From the IMG/VR virus record IMGVR_UViG_3300036985_006248, positions 1 through 64,000 of that record: a stretch of DNA of 64,000 bases; one strand, written 5' to 3'. The notes below the pieces were generated by a model. It was not told the origin of the DNA and made no database searches. It saw only the letters and a program-made list of their open reading frames with translations. Position 1 is the stretch's first letter. Each line of letters starts with the position of its first letter. The stretch comes from a virus. Shown here piece after piece: positions 1 to 9,096 of the stretch. A program made the translations under genes and the position numbers.

Positions 1-1140
1 AGAACCATAGTTAAATAAGTTATCCCACTCTAATTCTTTTAATGACCAGCGAACGCCACGATTGATATCTTCTCCTTCTTCGATTGCAGAAGAAAGTTTC
101 TTGTTTAATTCTAAAACTTTGTTGATAATTTCATCTTCGGCTTTAAAATCTTTTAGATAATCGCGGATCAAACGCTCCTGCACCACAATATCACGAAGAT
201 TGTCTGTGTGTCCAACACTATTGATTTCGCTTTGTGAAGCCTTAGAAATTACCGCCTTATTAACAAAGGTGATACTGTCAGGTTGAAACCGTGCTTTGAC
301 AATCTCTGTGGCCTTCTTAACCTTTTCCAAGGTCACATTCTTGTCAGCCACAATACGTATACGAGCGCCTAGTTTAACATCAGTTTCTGGAAGCATGCCT
401 GAGTCGTCAAGAATTAGAGTAACAAATGGTCGAGGGTTAGGAATCGCATAGTGCTTAACGTCAAACTTGTCTTTGCTTTCTATATCCCAAATAAGAATTC
501 CTTTATCGTCAGTCTCTCCAAAGTTTTGTTGCAGAGTAGAACCTGCGTAACGCACACGTCCTTCGGTGTCCAATATCTGGTTAGACATATGTATATCGCC
601 GCACATTGCGTAGTCATGTCCTTCAAATATGTCTACAGTGAACTCTCCATGCTCCATAACATAGCCAATATCTGTCTGGACGCCAGCTACAGAACCATGT
701 AAAAGAGCAATATTGATCTTATTTGAATCAGAAGGTTTGCCCCAATTTTCTTGATCTAAGAGGCTCATCACGTTTAGAGTTATGTTTTCATTTATTACTG
801 TCTCGCCAGATGACTTAAGATAGTGGATATCTTTATGGTTAAGGGCATCGACGATTGGAGAAATGGAATCAAGGCGCTTATTGTTTTTTAAATTTGTATC
901 GTGATTGCCGGGAATAATATACAATGGCGCGATATCTGCCAATGAGCGCAAGAAATCACTAGCCATAGAAATAGCTTCTGGCGTTAATTGAATTTTAGTG
1001 TGAAACAAATCGCCAGTGTGAACGATGGCGTCAACCTTTTGCTCTTTTGCAATTGAATAGATTTGTTCAAAAACAGTTTTATAACTATCGTGTTCCTTTA
1101 ATAATTTGATATGTGTGTCCGACGCATGCAAAAATTTCAT
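1..1140 (-). CDS. SbcD/Mre11-like metallophosphoesterase nuclease fused in frame to the N-terminus of an SbcC/Rad50 (gp46-like) ATPase; partial, runs off the window
   Basis: Not in ORF track because there is no stop inside the window. ATG at 1140 gives MKFLHASDTHIK...VHTGDLFH...IPGNHD...CGDIH (phosphoesterase motifs). The same frame ends RWSLKELEWDNLFNYGS, typical of an SbcC/gp46 start. Confidence 0.85.
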   Translation of the reverse strand, partial: MKFLHASDTHIKLLKEHDSYKTVFEQIYSIAKEQKVDAIVHTGDLFHTKIQLTPEAISMASDFLRSLADIAPLYIIPGNHDTNLKNNKRLDSISPIVDALNHKDIHYLKSSGETVINENITLNVMSLLDQENWGKPSDSNKINIALLHGSVAGVQTDIGYVMEHGEFTVDIFEGHDYAMCGDIHMSNQILDTEGRVRYAGSTLQQNFGETDDKGILIWDIESKDKFDVKHYAIPNPRPFVTLILDDSGMLPETDVKLGARIRIVADKNVTLEKVKKATEIVKARFQPDSITFVNKAVISKASQSEINSVGHTDNLRDIVVQERLIRDYLKDFKAEDEIINKVLELNKKLSSAIEEGEDINRGVRWSLKELEWDNLFNYGS

Positions 1141-1170
1141 TATGTCTCCATGACCACAGTAACATGAAAC

Positions 1171-1200
1171 AAAAAACCCGTTAAAAGAGTCTTAACGGGT
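1171..1200 (-). terminator. Rho-independent terminator
   Basis: Minus strand ACCCGTTAA-loop-TTAACGGGT followed by a T tract, downstream of 1234..1611. Confidence 0.7.
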
Positions 1201-1233
1201 ATGTTACTACGTATTTTGTCTGGTGTCTACAAC

Positions 1234-1611
1234 TTACTTAGGTGGGGCGGCTGGCGCGGGGGCGGGAGCGAGTTTTTGTCGATTAATATTTGGTCTAGTT
1301 ATAGGGGCTGAACCGGCAGAAACAACATTGTTAAATACTCTGCGAAGCACTTCTGGACTTATTAGCATGCCCTCTTTTTCTGCTTGCCTTACAACGCCTG
1401 CTATATCAGCGGTTACTCCCTTTTCGTGTGCGGAGATAAGTACATATAGAGCTTCACGCAAGTTCTGTTTATCTTGTTCTGGTATCTTCAGAGGTGCTAG
1501 AATACTTTCAATTTTTTCGTCATAGTGTGAACTTATTGTTACGTCTTCTTCAATAACTTTTTGTATTTCTTCTTTAATAACTTGTTTTAAATACTCTTTT
1601 GTAATTTTCAT
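1234..1611 (-). CDS. Hypothetical protein with MKITK..LKQVIKEE N-terminal motif (possible head-associated protein)
   Basis: 125-aa ORF; N-terminal motif shared with the neighbouring gene. Confidence 0.7.
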   Translation of the reverse strand: MKITKEYLKQVIKEEIQKVIEEDVTISSHYDEKIESILAPLKIPEQDKQNLREALYVLISAHEKGVTADIAGVVRQAEKEGMLISPEVLRRVFNNVVSAGSAPITRPNINRQKLAPAPAPAAPPK

Positions 1612-1618
1612 ATTTTCC

Positions 1619-2164
1619 TTATGATTGCGTTAAAGTTTTTCTATCTTTTCTTACATCTTCTTGGTCGTATGCCTCATCATCTTTTGGAACGCGCATGAAT
1701 CCGGGATCTGAATCTTGTTTATTATAAACTTTGTACACGTTCTGTTCATCTGGGCTGATGGACATTTCATAGTTGTCAAGTTTGTCGCTTTGTGTCTTCA
1801 TATTTCTATCGCGCAGCAAAACAGTTTTTATAAAACTAAACAACTGCCGATCTATCTTTCCTTCCAGCATATCTACAATATCTTCCGGCTTCAGACCGGG
1901 GGCGACCTGTCGAATGCTTTTTTCAAAGTTTGGCAGATCGTCTTTATTGTCGGTTGGGTTTTTAGTAATGTAGTTACGATATTGGATAAAAAGATGCGTA
2001 AGCTTGCGTTCCACCCCGTTTAGAGTATCGCCTCTTGAAGCACTTTTCATTTGATCAATGCGTTTTAATGCATTATGCTTTTTAGCCTCATCTTCATTTT
2101 CATACAGGGCTTTTTTAATTTCTTCTTTTATAATTCTTGATAGGAAAGATTTGCGTACCTTCAT
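1619..2164 (-). CDS. Hypothetical protein with MKVRK..LSRIIKEE N-terminal motif
   Basis: 181-aa ORF; tandem with 1234..1611. Confidence 0.7.
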   Translation of the reverse strand: MKVRKSFLSRIIKEEIKKALYENEDEAKKHNALKRIDQMKSASRGDTLNGVERKLTHLFIQYRNYITKNPTDNKDDLPNFEKSIRQVAPGLKPEDIVDMLEGKIDRQLFSFIKTVLLRDRNMKTQSDKLDNYEMSISPDEQNVYKVYNKQDSDPGFMRVPKDDEAYDQEDVRKDRKTLTQS

Positions 2165-2297
2165 GGTCTTGGTTACTCGTTTGTAATTTAAAAAAACTTG
2201 CTAAAATTCTTGCTTGTTCTAGTTGTTCTTTTGTGAGTTTATCGCTTGTGGCACGTAAACTTTCTAATAATCTTTTTAGTTCTTCTTCATCTGACAT
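2115..2297 (-). CDS. Small hypothetical protein
   Basis: 60-aa ORF filling the gap after primase; helical composition. Confidence 0.45.
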   Translation of the reverse strand: MSDEEELKRLLESLRATSDKLTKEQLEQARILASFFKLQTSNQDHEGTQIFPIKNYKRRN

Positions 2298-2304
2298 AGA
2301 TATC

Positions 2305-3255
2305 TTACAAATTCATTATTTTACTCATAAGCATATAATCGCTATCCTTAATTAGTCTAGCCTGTTTCTTATGCTCAAGAAATTCATCATGTGACATGTC
2401 GCCAACGTCTTTTCCTATTGGAATCTGGATTTTGTATACTTCTGCACCATAACTCAACAGGTTATTAATTAATTTCTCAGCTTTTTTCTCTGCATCTGGA
2501 TCCAAGGCTACATATATTGCAGGGTCGTGACGAATTAGCTCTTTAAACAGCCTTGAATTTTCACGCAAAGAAGAACCTAGAATGGGAATAGCATTTTTTG
2601 CTTTAATTGCATCAAATGCTCCTTCTACAATGGTAATATCTTTGGACCAATCAACGAAAAGTTCATTAAAAATGATATCGCGTGGTGTCTGAGGATTCAT
2701 ATACCTCTTCCAAGCGTTTTCATATGTTCTTGCAACAAAATAGTCAACCTTACCGTCAAGATTAAAGGAGGGAATGATGATTCTTCCTGCATATTCTCCT
2801 GAATTGGCGTATCCTATCTTCCAATACAAGAGATCTTCGCGTGTTAATCCTCTATCTTTGAGATATCGACGGGCAGCGAGTGATAAGATTCCCATTTCTT
2901 TATTGCAAAGTGAATGAAACTCAGCGGGGAGATTGATTACTTCTGCTTCTTCCTCGGTTGCATCTTCTACGAAGAAGATTTTCTCATATTCTGTGATTTC
3001 AACGATGCCCGAAAGCTCGTTCCAAGTCTTTTGTTGTAGATAATTGCCGAATCTGCGTACTAAACGATGTATTGACTTACCTGAATAATCACAGGTCCAG
3101 CACTTAAACATGTTCTTTTCGATGTTACAGCTTAATTTATACTTTTCTTTATGATTATTTTCACAACGGGGACATTTAAATAATAATTCTTTCCCCTGTC
3201 TAAAAGAATTGCCTAAAATCTCATTGAGAATTTGAGCTTTTTTCGTCTCCGACAT
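2305..3255 (-). CDS. DNA primase (Zn finger + TOPRIM)
   Basis: CPRC...FKCWTC zinc finger; GRIIIP..FVAR; IVEGAFDAI and LDPDA TOPRIM motifs. Confidence 0.88.
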   Translation of the reverse strand: MSETKKAQILNEILGNSFRQGKELLFKCPRCENNHKEKYKLSCNIEKNMFKCWTCDYSGKSIHRLVRRFGNYLQQKTWNELSGIVEITEYEKIFFVEDATEEEAEVINLPAEFHSLCNKEMGILSLAARRYLKDRGLTREDLLYWKIGYANSGEYAGRIIIPSFNLDGKVDYFVARTYENAWKRYMNPQTPRDIIFNELFVDWSKDITIVEGAFDAIKAKNAIPILGSSLRENSRLFKELIRHDPAIYVALDPDAEKKAEKLINNLLSYGAEVYKIQIPIGKDVGDMSHDEFLEHKKQARLIKDSDYMLMSKIMNL

Positions 3256-4039
3256 TTATATAACCCCAAGTCTTACCGCTGGTTATTGATGCAATATTAC
3301 TTTTAGAAAGATTAAATATTTTTGCAAGTGTTCTAGTGCTATATTTTTTTGATTTGTATATTTCTCTTATTTTGAGCACAATTTCATAAGTTACTTTAGC
3401 ATTTCTTCCACGACTAGTCAAAGAAATCCTATTTTTGTGCTCTTCTGAAAATACCTTACCGCTCATAGAAATTGAAAGATTCTTCTTATGCTCGTCTGAA
3501 AACTTTCTTTTTAAGCCCTTTTGGCCCTTGCTTAGATTGTTTTTATGCGTTTCGGTAAAAATCATGCCCTTTCGCGCATCAGAAATATTTTTTTTATGTT
3601 CTTCCGTAAACTGCATGCCGAGTCGTGCTTTACTGATTTTCTTTTTTGTTTCCTCGGAGACAATTTTTCCCTTATTAGCTTGACTTATTTTTTTTCTTGC
3701 TTCTGGGCTAAACTCGTTATGGGGATTCCCTGCAATCTTAGAAATATTATAGCCGTTGAGCGGATTGTAAGACTTATATTTGTCTAACCAGAACTGTTCT
3801 CTTGCCTCTAGGCTATCCCTATTGAATACAGTTTCCAGAATTTCAAAGATAAAATTATCTTTTCCGTGCTTATTCCATGATTTTTGTAACAAATGGGAAT
3901 GATGACGGTTGTTATTTAATTGCCATAAATGGTATTTATGACGATTCCAAACGTTAACAGAAGAACCTATATAAAGTTTCCCATTGATGAGATTTTTTAT
4001 ACAGTATATTCCAGTTTCTAGCTTTTTGGCGTCTGACAA
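3221..4039 (-). CDS. Free-standing GIY-YIG homing endonuclease with NUMOD3 repeats
   Basis: GIYCIKNLINGKLYIGSS..R..H..L; REQFWLD; GYN; repeated (F/V)SEE(H/T)KKKIS units; C-terminal HTH. Confidence 0.92.
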   Translation of the reverse strand: MSDAKKLETGIYCIKNLINGKLYIGSSVNVWNRHKYHLWQLNNNRHHSHLLQKSWNKHGKDNFIFEILETVFNRDSLEAREQFWLDKYKSYNPLNGYNISKIAGNPHNEFSPEARKKISQANKGKIVSEETKKKISKARLGMQFTEEHKKNISDARKGMIFTETHKNNLSKGQKGLKRKFSDEHKKNLSISMSGKVFSEEHKNRISLTSRGRNAKVTYEIVLKIREIYKSKKYSTRTLAKIFNLSKSNIASITSGKTWGYINVGDEKSSNSQ

Positions 4040-4548
4040 GATAAGTATCCAGCCTTGGAAATAACATATGAATCAGCACGGTCATAAACACCTGCTACCG
4101 GATTTCCATGAACAGTATACTCTACCTTAAACGAAGGTTCAAGCTCTAAAACTCTTTTTAAAACAATCTCTTTGGCGTTCTCGCCGCGTTCTACTTTAAT
4201 TCCAAGAGCTTTTCGTGCTGTTGTAGCCCCAATATACTCTGGTTCGAATCCAAAAACCGTATAACAGATCCAAGATACTATACCGTTAAAGCGCCCCAAG
4301 GTCAAGATGACTTGTGCAGAGCTTAAACCGGGACGAAACGCTTGTAAACTCTGCTCAATAAAGACTTTTTCTATTTTAAATTGCTTTGTGAGGAGTGCCA
4401 GCCGCCGTTCCACCTCTTCAGCTTTACTTAAAAATGTCGTATATTTCTTTGAACGGGTGTCCACTACTTCATTCAATACTATACTTCCAGTTGAATCGAG
4501 AATGGTAATGCCGGTTAACGATGTTGAAATGTCTAAGCCAAGATACAT
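4018..4548 (-). CDS. RuvC-like Holliday junction resolvase
   Basis: YLGLDISTSLTG, VFIEQ, ARKALG, YDRADSYVI acidic catalytic motifs. Confidence 0.82.
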   Translation of the reverse strand: MYLGLDISTSLTGITILDSTGSIVLNEVVDTRSKKYTTFLSKAEEVERRLALLTKQFKIEKVFIEQSLQAFRPGLSSAQVILTLGRFNGIVSWICYTVFGFEPEYIGATTARKALGIKVERGENAKEIVLKRVLELEPSFKVEYTVHGNPVAGVYDRADSYVISKAGYLSCQTPKS

Positions 4549-5090
4549 TATAAACTTCCAGTTTGTTTATTAGCAATAATTCTATAATAATCCACGTTAG
4601 TCAGCGCAGGCGCGCTTATTATTACGTGTATCTTATCTGCTAACATATTACCAGATAGCTCTACTGATATTAAGTCATTTTTATAAGTCACAGTGCCAGA
4701 TGCTTTTGTCATAACATCAACATAAACATAATCTAGATCAGCATAGAAATAATTAGTTAGTTGGACGTTTTTCGATCCATCGGCATCAAAGCTGCCAGTG
4801 TGTAATTCACTCAATGTGGCAAGATTAGCAAACTTGGAGTCTATTGCTGAAAAAACACTAGCTATATTATGTGTAGAACCGGGGGAGTCTAAATTAATAA
4901 GAGGAGCACCAATAATATAGGCACTACCATCAATGTATAAACCGCTAGCAGTTATTGGTAAAGAGGAACTAACAGAACCTAGTGGCAAAGTACCAGAGAC
5001 AGCAAAAAGGACATTACCGCTTACATCCGTTTTAATTATTTGCTTTTGTGTCTGTACGTCCGAAATAAATTTAACTGGTTTGACTGCCAT
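4548..5090 (-). CDS. Putative virion structural protein (paralog of 5644..6702)
   Basis: Shares C-terminal DVM..Y.NDL....APA...YR.IA with 5644..6702. Confidence 0.6.
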   Translation of the reverse strand: MAVKPVKFISDVQTQKQIIKTDVSGNVLFAVSGTLPLGSVSSSLPITASGLYIDGSAYIIGAPLINLDSPGSTHNIASVFSAIDSKFANLATLSELHTGSFDADGSKNVQLTNYFYADLDYVYVDVMTKASGTVTYKNDLISVELSGNMLADKIHVIISAPALTNVDYYRIIANKQTGSL

Positions 5091-5102
5091 CGAGTATTTC
5101 CT

Positions 5103-5357
5103 TTAGTCTTCTACGCCATAATCTTTTTTAATTTGTTTTAAATTCTTTAAGAAGGCAGCATTGATGCCTTGGAGTTTCACCTTGCGATCTAATATATCTT
5201 TAACTATTAGAAGATTCTGCTTTTGTAGTTTTAATTTGGCGATTAACTGTTGCTTGTTACTTTGCTGCTTTATGTCTTCTACAGTTATTTTTCTTAAAGT
5301 ATCTTTGCAGATTAATAACCAATTAACAATTTGTAAGAAACTGAAAGTGTACTTCAT
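5103..5357 (-). CDS. Hypothetical protein
   Basis: 84-aa ORF in gene run. Confidence 0.5.
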   Translation of the reverse strand: MKYTFSFLQIVNWLLICKDTLRKITVEDIKQQSNKQQLIAKLKLQKQNLLIVKDILDRKVKLQGINAAFLKNLKQIKKDYGVED

Positions 5358-5360
5358 ATC

Positions 5361-5543
5361 TTATTCTCGTTCTAAACTTTTAATTAATTTATCATACCGC
5401 TCTACTAGTTCGTCAATCTTTTTATGTATTTTCCCCTTATTAATTAGTAGTTTCACTTCGCTATGAAAATCAACAGTGTGAGGCAGTATAAACTTGATGA
5501 GCTTATCTATATCTTTTGTAAGACTCAGGATTCGTCGTTCCAT
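5361..5543 (-). CDS. Hypothetical protein
   Basis: 60-aa ORF preceded by CTATTTAT motif. Confidence 0.5.
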   Translation of the reverse strand: MERRILSLTKDIDKLIKFILPHTVDFHSEVKLLINKGKIHKKIDELVERYDKLIKSLERE

Positions 5544-5547
5544 AGCA

Positions 5548-5555
5548 ATAAATAG
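5548..5555 (-). promoter_or_regulatory. Putative phage promoter motif CTAWTTAT
   Basis: CTATTTAT just upstream of the start at 5543; recurrent intergenic motif. Confidence 0.5.
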
Positions 5556-5561
5556 TTTTCT

Positions 5562-5595
5562 TTAAAAGAAAGGGAGGCAATAGTTTGCCTCCCTC
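5562..5595 (-). terminator. Rho-independent terminator
   Basis: AGGGAGGCAA/TTGCCTCCCT 10-bp hairpin followed by TTCTTTT on the minus strand. Confidence 0.75.
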
Positions 5596-5643
5596 AATAT
5601 TATAAACTATTTTTGAATTTATGTTAGATTATTGACTTAATTA

Positions 5644-6702
5644 TTACCCTAAGCCGCCATCTTTCTCGTTAACTGCAATTAAACGATATTTAGCAGTTGC
5701 GCTAGCTGGGGCATCAATTTGAACATTTAAGTCGGATGCGCTGACAAACATTTTGATTGCCACCAAATCATTAGTATAACCTGTGCTATCTGTATCAACC
5801 ATAATATCAAGAGCTATATTATCGATTTGGCCTACGGCAAATTGTGTTCCGCCTACCGTGCTTAGGATTACCGTACTGGTGCCAGCTACTAAGTTACCAG
5901 TTACAACAGTGCGAGTAGCGTTATAGTTGCTAATTATTGCTGCTGTTCCACCACCAGCGGTGGTCGCTACACCCGATATTGCAGTGTCTAAATAGTGGAT
6001 AGCCGTATCAACGTTATATAGACCTTGAGCGTTACGAGTAGAACCTGTAATGTACACAAAGTCACTAGATCCTGAAAGGAAGAGAGAACCAGAAGCATCT
6101 AATTCTGTTGTAACTGCTACATTTGCTATACCACCGTCGCCAACAGTTAATTTGGTACCAGACTTAGCTAATACAGTTGAACCAGAGATTTTATATGTTT
6201 GTGTATCGGTCGCTAGATTAACATCGATATTTGAGGTCCAAGCGGTATTGGCGTTATCATAACGTAATGTTATAATAGAACCGCTACCTAAATCAAGACC
6301 ACCTCCATCAACGCCAGCAGCGGTCGTAGACCCAGTACCTAAATTTAGGTTTAAGTCACCGATATTGACCGTTGTGGAATCGATAGAGGTAGTCGTACCT
6401 CTAACCGTTAAGTCGCCACCGATTACAACGTTATTTGTAACGTTCAAGCTGCTGGCGCTTACTGCTACGGCAGAAGCGTCTAAGGGAGCGCCTGTTACCG
6501 TTGCACCACCTGATAGCGCAGCATTGTTTGTTACGTTGAGTGAACTAGCGGAAACTGCAACTGCGCTAGCGTTTAAAGGTAAAGCTAATACAGTCAAACC
6601 ATTGTCTGCCGTTAGCGCACCTGATACTTCTACAGTCTCTAGAAATTTAGCAGCTTTGGAAGCTGTTAAAAATGTCAAGATTTTTAATGGATTTGTAGCC
6701 AT
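5644..6702 (-). CDS. Tail fibre-like structural protein
   Basis: G/S/T/A-rich; GDLTVRGTTTSIDSTTVNIGD..L.L and DGGGL motifs common in phage fibres; internal repeat. Confidence 0.65.
   Translation of the reverse strand: MATNPLKILTFLTASKAAKFLETVEVSGALTADNGLTVLALPLNASAVAVSASSLNVTNNAALSGGATVTGAPLDASAVAVSASSLNVTNNVVIGGDLTVRGTTTSIDSTTVNIGDLNLNLGTGSTTAAGVDGGGLDLGSGSIITLRYDNANTAWTSNIDVNLATDTQTYKISGSTVLAKSGTKLTVGDGGIANVAVTTELDASGSLFLSGSSDFVYITGSTRNAQGLYNVDTAIHYLDTAISGVATTAGGGTAAIISNYNATRTVVTGNLVAGTSTVILSTVGGTQFAVGQIDNIALDIMVDTDSTGYTNDLVAIKMFVSASDLNVQIDAPASATAKYRLIAVNEKDGGLG
6430..6579 (-). repeat. Internal protein repeat PL(N/D)ASAVAVSASSLNVTNN x2 (31-aa period)
   Basis: Seen in the translation; synonymous positions have diverged. 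Confidence 0.8.
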
Positions 6703-6768
6703 GCTATTTTTTTACCTTTCCTTTCGGAGGAATGAGACACCTCTGCCAATATAATATTGACTTTAAAT

Positions 6769-6776
6769 ATAAATAG
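6769..6776 (-). promoter_or_regulatory. Putative phage promoter motif CTAWTTAT
   Basis: CTATTTAT in the gap upstream of 6702. Confidence 0.55.
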
Positions 6777-6818
6777 TTATGAAATTTAAAAAAAGTATTT
6801 TTACATATAAAACTACTA

Positions 6819-7901
6819 TTATCCCATTAATGTCACAACAAAGGAATCAACTGGTATTGGCTCACCCGTATCAACAATTACAGTATTAATATCAGAAAAA
6901 AGGCAATAAAATTCTACTTTTTGATAAGGACTATTTTTTTCTCTCATCGTTATAAAGATGTCTTGCGTACCTAAGTCATGCACTAGCGAGTATTGTGTGT
7001 CCACTCCATTACCAATTATATATGTTTTCTTAAATGCTAAACCACCCGGTCCTTCGGTTACACCACTTACGTTTGTTCCACTTATTTCTTTACGCTTTTT
7101 CTTCTTATTAGATATATCAAGAATTACGTTTTCTCTAGGGATTTTTAAGAAACCGTTTTCATTTATTTCTGCGGTTCTACCTTCACTGTTTGTTCCTTCG
7201 CCAACTATCTGCCCCAGCACTTTAACGGTGATGACCGATTTATATTTTCTTTCTTCTTCTCCCAAATCTGAAATGGAATCTTGAGAAAAAGATTGATCCA
7301 TAAATGCTTCAAAACGATAATCATCTTTTTTAATTATAAAATAGTTTTGTGCCGTTAAAGCAATAAATGGTTGAATTATTTCGTTCATTTGGCTTTGGTA
7401 GTTAGTCAAAATGTTTATCTTGTATTCAACGGTTACATAAACAGGGATACGCAAGGCTATATGCTGATAAACAATTTTTTTATTCTTTTTAGAAGTCTGA
7501 AAGTTCATCTGCCCAGTTTTACGCAAGGTGTCAGCATTTGCAAAATTTGATGTTTTATCTTGGTTTAGAATCTTTGTTATATAATAACGATCATTCTTTG
7601 GTGATACACCGGCTTGGAAGTTACCTTTTTTGTTTGGATCTTTTGAAATAGAAGCACGTTCTATAGAGATAATAGGAGCAATAAGTGTTCCATTTTTATC
7701 TCGTAGTTGCTGATTGTCTTTTATTTGAAAAGAACGTTCAGCAGAAGACCAGATAACTGGTACTTTTATTCTTCCGCTTATTGAATCACAAAACAGATTA
7801 AGCTTTTCGACATATTCTAAAAATGCACCATCGATAGTTTCTATAGAATTGGGGACTAGTGGTAAATCTTTTGTTTCTTCTGAAGGTGTAATTGAAGACA
7901 T
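6819..7901 (-). CDS. Putative tail completion/terminator (T4 gp15-like) protein
   Basis: VPVIW...ER, P.ISIER, PVYVTVEY.INI.T.YQSQMNEII pattern; position at the end of the tail module. Confidence 0.5.
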   Translation of the reverse strand: MSSITPSEETKDLPLVPNSIETIDGAFLEYVEKLNLFCDSISGRIKVPVIWSSAERSFQIKDNQQLRDKNGTLIAPIISIERASISKDPNKKGNFQAGVSPKNDRYYITKILNQDKTSNFANADTLRKTGQMNFQTSKKNKKIVYQHIALRIPVYVTVEYKINILTNYQSQMNEIIQPFIALTAQNYFIIKKDDYRFEAFMDQSFSQDSISDLGEEERKYKSVITVKVLGQIVGEGTNSEGRTAEINENGFLKIPRENVILDISNKKKKRKEISGTNVSGVTEGPGGLAFKKTYIIGNGVDTQYSLVHDLGTQDIFITMREKNSPYQKVEFYCLFSDINTVIVDTGEPIPVDSFVVTLMG

Positions 7902-7902
7902 G

Positions 7903-8880
7903 TTAGATATCCACCTTTATTTTAAAAGTAAAGTCACGATTTTCTGTTTTCTTTATTGGTTTTGCAAGCTTCGCTATACCGATTAAATTTCTATTTTCAT
8001 CATAAATACCGATTTTAGAAATATAAGTATGCTTTTCTAAGCTACCTGTGTAATTTTCGTATGGATATTTAACAGTATTTTTTATTTCGGTATATGCATA
8101 TTCGCTATATGATATGTTATTTGTGTTTATAGAAGAAGCAGAATGTGTCATTTTTACATATGTCGGATTATTAGAATGATTTAGCTGGCCCTTGTCGGCA
8201 TGAGCAAGCATTGTTATAGTATTTATGTAATTCACACCTTCAAAATTTAAATCAAAGCTGGCCGATACAGTAGAATTAGAGGGCTGGTTTAATCCAGCGC
8301 CCCAGTTAATCCATCGAGCATAATCAGTTGACAAGGTGGGGTTATATATCAAAGTTTCTTGAAAGATATTGTCTAATTTCCAAGAGCCAGTTAATACAGC
8401 GAATCCCTCATTATATAAAACCACTCCTGCAACGCTTCCCAAACCAAGTGCGCCAGTAGTTTGTATTAGTTCGCCATTTTTATTTACATCTTGTAGTTTT
8501 GCTACAAGTGTTCCAGAGACATAATAAGCAAGTTCAACGCTTCCTTTATCGATTGCGGAGCCATAATAAATCGATGGTATGCTTATTAGATTGACTGCTT
8601 GTTCGGCTTTATTTCCTAAAGAAGAACTATAGGCATAGTGTTGGCTGTAATGAAGATAATTATTTAATACGTTCTTTAAAGCGTATATTCTTCTCTTTTC
8701 GGAGATAAATCCGCTTTGTGAATAAAAATACTCGGCAGCTATAGAAGAAGAATACGGGTAAGCGCCAGAAAGCTCCTCGCCGTATTGTGTATAGGCGAAT
8801 TCAGAAGTACCAACTGTTTTAAAAGAATCTAACGAACTACCCTTTGGTAAGAAAGGGTAGTATTTTGTTTTATCTGCCAT
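7903..8880 (-). CDS. Baseplate/tail structural protein
   Basis: C-terminal YISKIGIYDENRNLIGIAKLAKPIKK..FTFKIKVD motif, paralogous to 13574..14704. Confidence 0.6.
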   Translation of the reverse strand: MADKTKYYPFLPKGSSLDSFKTVGTSEFAYTQYGEELSGAYPYSSSIAAEYFYSQSGFISEKRRIYALKNVLNNYLHYSQHYAYSSSLGNKAEQAVNLISIPSIYYGSAIDKGSVELAYYVSGTLVAKLQDVNKNGELIQTTGALGLGSVAGVVLYNEGFAVLTGSWKLDNIFQETLIYNPTLSTDYARWINWGAGLNQPSNSTVSASFDLNFEGVNYINTITMLAHADKGQLNHSNNPTYVKMTHSASSINTNNISYSEYAYTEIKNTVKYPYENYTGSLEKHTYISKIGIYDENRNLIGIAKLAKPIKKTENRDFTFKIKVDI

Positions 8881-8915
8881 ATACTAATTATGTCATCGGA
8901 TGAAAAAACGTTAAA

Positions 8916-9080
8916 TTATAAAACTGTTGGCTTCACGGCGTGACCACTAGGACCAACAATTGGTGGCAAATACTCTGGGGCTGTTTGATAAAATAAGCCA
9001 GTGGTAGTTAAATTGCTGCTTGGTCTTTGAACGGAATATATTACCGCTTGATTAATGTCTATATTGCTTAAGTCGGCCAT
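8916..9080 (-). CDS. Small 54-aa protein (below ORF-track cutoff)
   Basis: MADLSNIDINQAVIYSVQRP...VKPTVL*, preceded by AGGAG RBS. Confidence 0.6.
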   Translation of the reverse strand: MADLSNIDINQAVIYSVQRPSSNLTTTGLFYQTAPEYLPPIVGPSGHAVKPTVL

Positions 9081-9096
9081 ATAAATCTCCTATTTT

